Origin: Promethearchaeum syntrophicum
Lineage (GTDB): Archaea; Asgardarchaeota; Lokiarchaeia; Sigyniarchaeales; Promethearchaeaceae
Assembly: GCF_008000775.2 (NCBI RefSeq)
Contig: NZ_CP042905.2
Location: 4,260,001-4,292,000, forward strand
DNA: 32,000 nt
Direction of reading: 5' to 3'
In this document: one piece after another, positions 26,406 to 32,000 of the stretch
Position numbering within the stretch: the stretch's first letter is position 1
Layout of the letters: every line of letters starts with the position of its first letter
Program-made: the position numbers and the translations under genes
The notes under the pieces: generated by a model
The model's database searches: none
What the model was told of the DNA's origin: nothing
The model's input: only the letters and a program-made list of their open reading frames with translations

Positions 26406-29312
26406 GTGATATTTATGACAGAACTAAATACTCATGATAACATAACTGAAAAATGGTTTCTTCTAACACCAAAAGAGACAGAAGAGAAATTACAATCATC
26501 TCTTACTGAGGGTTTATCCAGTAGTGAATCTTTAACTAGATTGGAGAAATATGGCCCAAACGAACTTCAAGCAGGAAAAAAAACCCCTCGTTGGTTGGTT
26601 TTTTTACAGCAATTTCAAGATCCTCTTATTTATATATTAATAGTTTCAGCCATTATATCGGCGGTTGCAGAACATGGCGGACATGATTGGATAGTAATCG
26701 CTGTGATCATTTTCTTAAATGCAATAATTGGATTTTTTCAAGAAGGCAAAGCAGATAAAGCTATAGAAGCTCTCAAAAATTATTCCGCCCCGGATGCTCA
26801 AGTTATTCGCGATGGTAAAGAAATCTCTATTAAAGCTCGTGAACTAGTTCCAGGAGATATAATTGTAATTCATGAAGGGGATATGATTCCAGCCGATGGT
26901 CGCATCTTTGAAGAAAAAAATTTGAAAGCTGAAGAAGCAGCATTAACAGGTGAAAGTGTTCCTGTTAATAAGAATATAAATATTATTGAAGATCCAGAAT
27001 GTCCTCTAGCTGAACATAAAAATATGCTCTTTTCATCAACTTTGGCTACCTATGGTAGGGGAAAAGTAATAATAACTGAAACAGGAATGCAAACTGAAGT
27101 TGGTAAAATCGCAACAATGATTTCCCAAGCTGAAGTAAAATTAACTCCTTTACAAAAAAATCTAGAAGATTTTGGTAAATGGCTAGGTCTTGTTATATTA
27201 TTTATTTGTGCTGTAGTTTTTCTATTGTATTGGTTGTTGGGAGGAGAACCTTGGCTTAAAGCATTATTATCTGGTGTGGCTTTAGCGGTTGCAGCGATAC
27301 CCGAAGGATTACCTGCTGTGGTCACTGTTTGTCTTGCGATTGGAGTGACACGAATGTCTAACAGAAATGCTATCGTTAAAAAATTGCACTCAGTTGAAAC
27401 CTTAGGATGTACTACTGTTATTTGTTCCGATAAAACTGGAACTCTTACAAAAAACGAGATGACTGTTAGGGCTATTTGGACCGGTGGAAAGATGTATGAA
27501 GTGTCTGGTTCCGGTTATGAACCCGAAGGTAAAATTACTCTAGCTGATCAAGAGGTATCAGTAGCCAATATACCAGATCTTGAAATGACATTAAGAATTG
27601 GAATATTATGCAATGATGCTCGAATCAATCAAGATGAAAAAACGGGAAAATGGAATACATTTGGAGATCCAACCGAAGGTTGTCTAGTTACTTCAGCATG
27701 GAAAGCGGGAATGGAACCAAAATCTACAAACGACAAATTTCCACGAATTGATGAAATTCCATTTGATTCTACTAGAAAAAGAATGTCATCAGTTAATGAA
27801 ATAAACGGAAAAAAAATGGCTTTGATTAAAGGGGCTACGGAAATCATTTTAGATTTTTGCAAAAATATTCAATCTGATGGAATAATTCGTCCAATTACAA
27901 ATGAAGACAAGAATCAAATAATTAAAGCATACGAACAGAAAGCCAGTGAAGCTTTGCGAGGACTAGGGTTTGCTTTTCGAGAAGCGGAAGGAATTCCAGT
28001 TGAGATTGAAGAGCTTGAAAAAGATTTAACATTTGTGGGAATGCAATTCATGATTGATCCCCCACGAGATGAAGTTAAAGTTGCAATGCAAGAATGTAAA
28101 GATGCTGGAATTGGAGTTAAAATGATCACAGGGGATAATCTAATAACTGCAACTGCTATTGCAGTAGAATTAGGTATGATTGAAAAAGGAGAAATTACTC
28201 ATGAAGGCAAAGATATCCCCAATATGACAGATGAAGATATTGAGAAATGTAAGGTATATGCACGAGTCAGTCCTGAACATAAACAAAATATAGTTAAAGC
28301 TCTGCAAAACAGACAACAAATTGTCGCTATGACAGGAGATGGAGTAAACGACGCTCCTGCTCTGAAAAACGCTAATGTCGGAGTAGCGATGGGTATTACT
28401 GGAACTGATGTATCAAAAGAAGCGGCAGTGATGGTTTTGGCTGATGATAATTTCGCCACTATAGTTCACGCTGTTGAGGAAGGTCGTGGAATTTATGATA
28501 ATATCAAAAAATTCATTCAATATCTCTTATCTTCAAACATCATGGAAGTGTTAGTGCTTTTAATCGCAGCAATTTTAACTCTTCCCCCCCCACTTGTTGC
28601 TACACAACTACTATGGATAAATTTAGTCACCGATGGTGCTCCCGCTTTAGCTTTAGGGTATGATCCATACGATCCAACTTTGATGAAACAACAACCACGC
28701 CCTTATAATGAACCAATCCTAACCAAAAACTTTGTCATCCAGATGTTTTTCCGAGGAGGAGTTAAAACCATTGTAATTCTTGGTATTTTTCTATTATATA
28801 TTTATCCTACGGCTTTACAACCGACTGAAATGCATTATGAAGATCTTGTTTATTTATATGAAAATGTTGACGGAATTGCCGAAACGCTTGGAGCAACGGT
28901 TGAAGGTTTGAGTGATTTAGAATTATTGGTAATAAAATATGAAGACCATTCTACTTTAAGCCTTTTATCTTCTCAAGAATTATTGTTAGATAGATACGTC
29001 ATGTGGCATGCAAGATCAGTGTGTTTCTTAGCAATGATGTTTGGGGAAATGGCAAATGCATTTAATTGTCGTTCGGAATACAGCTCCCTTTTTAAAATCG
29101 GACTTTTTACCAATAAAATCATGCTCTATGCTGTAGGAATTTCAACGATCTTGACCATAGCACTTTATATTCCAGGAAGTCCATTAGGTTTAATCTTTAA
29201 AGTCATTCCTATGCCTTTCCTTGAATGGTTGTGGCTTATTCCAATGATAATAATTGTTATAGGTTCTGTAGAATTAATGAAACTGTTTTACCGCAAGAAG
29301 CTAAATCTATAA
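26406..29312 (+). CDS. P2A-type (SERCA-like) Ca2+-transporting P-type ATPase
   Basis: 968 aa. TGES (LTGESVPV), ICSDKTGTLT, KGATE, MITGDN, MTGDGVNDAPALK. Ca-site residues are conserved by motif: M4 AIPEGLPAVVT, M5 SSNIMEV, M6 LLWINLVTDG, M8 GEMANAFN. N-terminal Cation_ATPase_N-like LTEGLSSSESLTRLEKYGPNEL. The track start is GTG 26406; ATG 26415 is more likely. Confidence 0.92.
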   Translation: MIFMTELNTHDNITEKWFLLTPKETEEKLQSSLTEGLSSSESLTRLEKYGPNELQAGKKTPRWLVFLQQFQDPLIYILIVSAIISAVAEHGGHDWIVIAVIIFLNAIIGFFQEGKADKAIEALKNYSAPDAQVIRDGKEISIKARELVPGDIIVIHEGDMIPADGRIFEEKNLKAEEAALTGESVPVNKNINIIEDPECPLAEHKNMLFSSTLATYGRGKVIITETGMQTEVGKIATMISQAEVKLTPLQKNLEDFGKWLGLVILFICAVVFLLYWLLGGEPWLKALLSGVALAVAAIPEGLPAVVTVCLAIGVTRMSNRNAIVKKLHSVETLGCTTVICSDKTGTLTKNEMTVRAIWTGGKMYEVSGSGYEPEGKITLADQEVSVANIPDLEMTLRIGILCNDARINQDEKTGKWNTFGDPTEGCLVTSAWKAGMEPKSTNDKFPRIDEIPFDSTRKRMSSVNEINGKKMALIKGATEIILDFCKNIQSDGIIRPITNEDKNQIIKAYEQKASEALRGLGFAFREAEGIPVEIEELEKDLTFVGMQFMIDPPRDEVKVAMQECKDAGIGVKMITGDNLITATAIAVELGMIEKGEITHEGKDIPNMTDEDIEKCKVYARVSPEHKQNIVKALQNRQQIVAMTGDGVNDAPALKNANVGVAMGITGTDVSKEAAVMVLADDNFATIVHAVEEGRGIYDNIKKFIQYLLSSNIMEVLVLLIAAILTLPPPLVATQLLWINLVTDGAPALALGYDPYDPTLMKQQPRPYNEPILTKNFVIQMFFRGGVKTIVILGIFLLYIYPTALQPTEMHYEDLVYLYENVDGIAETLGATVEGLSDLELLVIKYEDHSTLSLLSSQELLLDRYVMWHARSVCFLAMMFGEMANAFNCRSEYSSLFKIGLFTNKIMLYAVGISTILTIALYIPGSPLGLIFKVIPMPFLEWLWLIPMIIIVIGSVELMKLFYRKKLNL

Positions 29313-29330
29313 CAATCATGCAAGAAATAA

Positions 29331-29350
29331 TTTTTTGTTTTTTTTTTTTT
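29331..29350 (+). terminator. T6-G-T13 tract downstream of the ATPase stop
   Basis: Begins 19 nt after TAA 29310-29312. It is the longest T run in the window. Confidence 0.55.
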
Positions 29351-29459
29351 CCACAAAATCCAGAGAAATTTCTCTTTAGATAGAAAATTGGGAAAAAATA
29401 TAAAAAATATTTAATTGCTCACTCCATATAATCTATTAGATTATCTTCTATTCAAATGA

Positions 29460-29684
29460 GTGAAAAAGATGAAATTAAAAAATATTCTTAAATTTGTATT
29501 TTGGGTGGGTTTAATTTCAGCGTTGGTTATTATTTTAGTGTTAATTCCGAGTCTCGAGTATTATACCTTTAGCATTCTTATTATACTTGCAATATTCGGT
29601 CTTAAAAAAGTACAGGAACGATTTTGGGTAAGGAAAAAAGAATCTGTAGATCAAATTACGAATGCCTCTTTAGGTAAGCAATAA
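29460..29684 (+). CDS. Small 2-TM membrane protein, cassette copy 1 (type A)
   Basis: 74 aa. Paralog of the next three ORFs (FWVGLISALVIILVLIP, LIILAIFGL, DQITNASLG). The track start is GTG 29460. ATG 29469, preceded by GAGTGA (SD-like), may be the true start. Confidence 0.65.
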   Translation: MKKMKLKNILKFVFWVGLISALVIILVLIPSLEYYTFSILIILAIFGLKKVQERFWVRKKESVDQITNASLGKQ

Positions 29685-29724
29685 ATCTTTGAGACCTTTG
29701 AGAAAGATTTAGTTAATTATAAAT
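29683..29724. promoter_or_regulatory. Junction element 1: palindrome AAATCTTT-N12-AAAGATTT overlapping the stop codon, followed by TATA-like TTAATTATAAAT
   Basis: Arms at 29683-29690 and 29703-29710. TATA-like box at 29713-29724, about 46 nt upstream of the next start (29770). Confidence 0.55.
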
Positions 29725-29769
29725 TGCTTAACTCTATACAATTTAGTATATAGTCATCTGCCAAAAAGA

Positions 29770-30003
29770 GTGAAAAATGTGAAATCAAAAAACATTCTAA
29801 AATTTGGAATATGGATAGTTTTAATCTCGGCATTGGTTATCTCTTTATTCCTTATTCCTAACCTCGCGGAATATACATTTAGCGTTCTTATGATACTTAC
29901 AATATTCGCTCTTGCAAAATTACGGGAACGATTAGGGGTAAGGAAAAAATTATCTGCAGAGCAAGTTACGAATGCCTCTTTAGGTAATCGTTCTATGCAA
30001 TAA
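29770..30003 (+). CDS. Small 2-TM membrane protein, cassette copy 2 (type B)
   Basis: 77 aa. MKNVKSK..SALVISLFLIPNLAEY..AEQVTNASLGNRS. GTG starts at 29770 or 29779. Confidence 0.65.
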   Translation: MKNVKSKNILKFGIWIVLISALVISLFLIPNLAEYTFSVLMILTIFALAKLRERLGVRKKLSAEQVTNASLGNRSMQ

Positions 30004-30043
30004 ATCTTTGAGGCATCTGAGAAAGATTTAGTTAATTATAAAT
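30002..30043. promoter_or_regulatory. Junction element 2: the same palindrome plus TATA-like box
   Basis: Arms at 30002-30009 and 30022-30029, loop GAGGCATCTGAG. TTAATTATAAAT at 30032-30043. Confidence 0.55.
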
Positions 30044-30088
30044 ACCTTAACTCTATACAATCTAATATATCCTCTTCTGCTTAAACGA

Positions 30089-30322
30089 GTGAAAAAGATG
30101 AAATCAATAAATCTCAAAAGATTTGGATTTTGGGTGGGTTTAATATCAGCTTTGGTTATAATATTAGTCTTAATTCCTAAGATCGAGCGATATACATTAT
30201 TTTTTCTTATTATACTTGCAATATTCGGTCTTGAAAAATTAGGGGAAAGAATATGTGTAAGGATAAAATTAACTGCAGAGCAAGTTACGAATGCCCATAT
30301 AAATAATCGTTCTAATCATTAA
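30089..30322 (+). CDS. Small 2-TM membrane protein, cassette copy 3 (type A)
   Basis: 77 aa. FWVGLISALVIILVLIP is identical to copy 1. AEQVTNA..NRS tail resembles copy 2. Confidence 0.65.
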   Translation: MKKMKSINLKRFGFWVGLISALVIILVLIPKIERYTLFFLIILAIFGLEKLGERICVRIKLTAEQVTNAHINNRSNH

Positions 30323-30362
30323 ATCTTTGAGGCATCTGAGAAAGATTTAGTTAATTATAAAT
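30321..30362. promoter_or_regulatory. Junction element 3: the same palindrome plus TATA-like box
   Basis: Arms at 30321-30328 and 30341-30348, loop identical to junction 2. TTAATTATAAAT at 30351-30362. Confidence 0.55.
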
Positions 30363-30407
30363 TGCTTAACTCTATACAATTTAGTATATTATCATCTGCG
30401 ATCAAGA

Positions 30408-30665
30408 GTGAAAAATGTGAAATCAAAAAGCATTGTAAAAATTGGAGTTTGGACAGTTTTAACTTCAGCTTTGGCTATCTCCTTATTTCTAATTCCTACC
30501 CTCGCGGAATATATAATAGTTGTTCTCACTATACTCATTATATACGGTATTGCACAATTTACGGCCCAATTAAGGGTAAGAAAAGAGTTGTCCATAGATC
30601 AATCTATAAATACCTCTTTACAGTGCTCTGTCCTTTTAGTAGTTTTACTTATATTAATTCTATAA
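30408..30665 (+). CDS. Small membrane protein, cassette copy 4 (type B) with a divergent hydrophobic C-terminal extension
   Basis: 85 aa. MKNVKSK..SALAISLFLIPTLAEY matches copy 2. Homology stops after NTSL and the ORF runs on into CSVLLVVLLILIL. Confidence 0.6.
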   Translation: MKNVKSKSIVKIGVWTVLTSALAISLFLIPTLAEYIIVVLTILIIYGIAQFTAQLRVRKELSIDQSINTSLQCSVLLVVLLILIL

Positions 30666-30698
30666 AATTAGGTTAAAAAAATAAAGGAAGAATATTGA

Positions 30699-31322
30699 TT
30701 ATTCTCCGAGTTCATCAAATGGAATATGCATAGTTTCAACTGAATTCATTGTAATTGCCATAATATCCATGGCATTTCCGGCCATTGCATCTCTTTTTAT
30801 TGCGTTTCTTACCACTTTTTTCATTAACTCAATGCCTTTTTTTACTGTCAGAGTTGGTTTATATTCTGCTTCCAAGATTGAAACTGCGAAGGTTGCTGAG
30901 CTTCCACTCACACCGTAATCGTCTTCCATTAAAGAACCAATAGCATCCATGGTGTAGACTCTAGGGCCATTTTCATCTATCCCTGCAACTTCTACATTAA
31001 CATATAAAGGAGCCATCTTTCTTTGATACATATAATTTGCTACCATTTTAGCCATAGCTTGAACTGAAATTTTATAGCCTTCTCGTAATTCATAGATGTT
31101 AGCTTGTGCATTCATGATTCGGGCTAATGCTTGGAAGTCTCCAATTAGACCGTAGCACGATATCGCTATCTTCTTGTCTTTTGTAAGAGGAAATATCTTC
31201 TTCACGTTCTTGTTATTAACCGTATAACCCCAAGTTGACCTTGTGTCATTACCTAAAACCACTCCATCCTTACATCTTATTGCCACGCTACAAGCGCCCG
31301 GAACCCAAATTTGCTGCGACAT
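30699..31322 (-). CDS. psmB: 20S proteasome beta-type subunit, apparently non-catalytic (Ala at the Thr1 position)
   Basis: 207 aa. Collinear with archaeal and eukaryotic beta subunits (KIFP, IYELREG, MVANYMYQRK, VAGID, DAIGS..DDYGVSGS, RDAMAGN). The N-terminus MSQQIWVPG-ACSVAIRCKDGVV places Ala where Gly-Thr1 is expected. Confidence 0.85.
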   Translation of the reverse strand: MSQQIWVPGACSVAIRCKDGVVLGNDTRSTWGYTVNNKNVKKIFPLTKDKKIAISCYGLIGDFQALARIMNAQANIYELREGYKISVQAMAKMVANYMYQRKMAPLYVNVEVAGIDENGPRVYTMDAIGSLMEDDYGVSGSSATFAVSILEAEYKPTLTVKKGIELMKKVVRNAIKRDAMAGNAMDIMAITMNSVETMHIPFDELGE

Positions 31323-31335
31323 AATCTTCAGTTTT

Positions 31336-31365
31336 TATAGTTTTCTATAGTTTTCTAATAGTTTC
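31336..31365. repeat. Three tandem 10-bp units (TATAGTTTTC x2, TAATAGTTTC) in the psmB / DUF4332-like divergent promoter region
   Basis: Read directly at 31336-31345, 31346-31355 and 31356-31365. On the minus strand they read GAAAACTATA, giving reiterated TATA-like elements 14-43 nt upstream of the psmB ATG. Confidence 0.6.
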
Positions 31366-31441
31366 GCAATTTAAATTTTTTCTTGTTTATTTTTATTAGT
31401 AAATAACAAAATTATTTACGGAGTTCTACAAAAATTCAATC

Positions 31442-32000
31442 ATGAGAACTAATATTTCACAATTTGAGAGTGTTGGGTATGAGTATGCAAATAAGCTCAA
31501 AAAGACTCTCAAAATAAAAAATGTGGATGATTTTGTTAAATACCCTATTGAATTTATCCATGAAAAATCGGGTATTGAAATTAAGCGCCTAGAACAATTT
31601 TCTGATTTATTTGATCTATTTAGAGTACCAAATCTATCCGCTCGGGAAACCGAATTGTTGTATAACGCTAATATTAATTCAGTTACGGAACTTTCTCATC
31701 GCCAAGCTATAAGAATTTATTACAAATTAAAAAACATTGATGAGGAAACATATTTTATCATTTTGCAGTTACCTACGTTTGCCAAAATTGACGAATGGAT
31801 TTATTTTGCAAAAATGTTAACAAAACGAATAAAAATCGGGCTGAATATTCCGATTATCTTATTCCCAATGGTTTCAATAAGATCAGCCAGCGAATTAAAA
31901 AATTTTAAGATTTTCACAGCAAACGATTTTATTACTAAAGAACCAAATATCCCAAAAATATGGCGTATGGTTGATATGAAAAGAAGAGATTATAAAAAAC
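31442..32000 (+). CDS. Partial CDS (runs off the window): protein with tandem DUF4332-like helix-hairpin-helix-type modules
   Basis: From ATG 31442 I translated 186 codons to the window end without a stop: MRTNISQFESVGYEYANKLKKTLKIKNVDDF...LFRVPNLSARETELLYNANINSVTELS... The repeated x-(I/V)-x-G/N-(I/L)-x5-L-x5-(I/V)-x-(T/D)-(V/F) pattern resembles DUF4332. It is absent from the ORF track, presumably because no stop lies within the window. Confidence 0.5.
   Translation, partial: MRTNISQFESVGYEYANKLKKTLKIKNVDDFVKYPIEFIHEKSGIEIKRLEQFSDLFDLFRVPNLSARETELLYNANINSVTELSHRQAIRIYYKLKNIDEETYFIILQLPTFAKIDEWIYFAKMLTKRIKIGLNIPIILFPMVSIRSASELKNFKIFTANDFITKEPNIPKIWRMVDMKRRDYKK

Larger units (their letters stand above)
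29411..30620 (+). repeat. Tandem array of four ~310-320-bp gene cassettes (leader + small 2-TM ORF; an inter-cassette palindrome and TATA-like box at the three junctions) in A-B-A-B order
   Basis: ORF starts are spaced 310, 319 and 319 bp apart (29460, 29770, 30089, 30408). Long stretches of near-identical DNA between units. Units 1/3 and 2/4 are the closest pairs at the 5' end. Homology ends inside copy 4 at about 30620. Confidence 0.85.

Noticed and set aside
5630-28459. Other short antisense or alternative-frame ORFs in the track: 5630-5821, 6777-7040, 8308-8499, 8592-8783, 10224-10544, 10462-10698, 11103-11354, 13299-13490, 13342-13665, 13862-14050, 14058-14354, 17089-17277, 20955-21332, 21657-21866, 23035-23223, 27050-27325, 27629-27862, 27914-28129, 28199-28459
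   Set aside because: Each is nested in a longer ORF that has family motifs or operon context. None has a recognisable motif, start context or conservation signal that I can see.
28584-28591. C8 homopolymer inside the ATPase CDS (and C7 at 10794-10800 in an intergenic region) as possible slipped-strand phase-variation sites
   Set aside because: The C8 encodes an in-frame LPPPL in a conserved M5-M6 region and the reading frame is intact. The C7 lies in a convergent terminator region. A single tract with no repeat-number evidence is insufficient.
29625-29680. Eukaryote-like splice-site look-alikes (GGGTAAGG and TCTTTAGGTAA) recurring in each small-protein cassette
   Set aside because: They are in-frame codons (W/G-V-R-K and S-L-G) of a conserved peptide. 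Removing the interval would destroy the conserved tail. There is no evidence for spliceosomal introns in prokaryotes, so this is coincidental.
29411-30620. Regularly spaced repeats considered as a possible CRISPR array
   Set aside because: The repeat period is about 315 bp, not 60-75 bp. The whole unit, including the 'spacer', is conserved and encodes a paralogous protein. There are no short direct repeats separated by unique spacers and no cas genes in the window.
30362-30676. 104-aa + strand ORF and 67-aa - strand ORF (30392-30595) overlapping cassette copy 4
   Set aside because: The frame starting at 30408 is the one that reproduces the paralogous peptide of copies 1-3. The other frames give non-homologous, Cys/Tyr/Ser-rich sequence.

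Overview
AT-rich prokaryotic chromosomal segment, most consistent with an archaeon. Supporting signs are a 20S proteasome beta subunit, TATA/BRE-like promoter elements, oligo-T terminators and a split GcvP. The many Lys/Glu/Asn-rich low-complexity tails are reminiscent of Asgard (Lokiarchaeia-like) genomes, but that is inference only, since no search was run.

The left two thirds is mostly core metabolism:
- A folate/C1 block on the minus strand: metF, a stand-alone MetH activation-domain protein, and a MetH core.
- A PrpE-like acyl-CoA synthetase followed by a hotdog thioesterase.
- A nitroreductase.
- A plus-strand glycine-cleavage cluster (gcvT-gcvH-gcvPA-gcvPB), followed by a flavodoxin/2x[4Fe-4S] fusion.

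Interspersed are lineage-specific-looking genes:
- A GT2 glycosyltransferase fused to a DUF1624-type acyltransferase.
- An 8-TM protein built from internal repeats.
- A sequon-rich surface protein.

The strongest candidates for undescribed biology are:
1. A tightly coupled four-gene minus-strand operon (18712-23966). It combines a B12-binding-type radical SAM enzyme, a DUF362-like/coiled-coil protein and two orphan proteins.
2. A SERCA-like P2A-type Ca2+ ATPase flanked on the same strand by five small 2-TM proteins. Four of them form an A-B-A-B tandem cassette array (about 29411-30620). Each of the three inter-cassette junctions carries a conserved palindrome and a TATA-like box.
3. A proteasome beta subunit whose catalytic Thr1 position reads Ala.

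I saw no tRNA, rRNA, CRISPR array, transposase or integrase. All family assignments come from motif recognition by eye. No database search, HMM or structure prediction was run.
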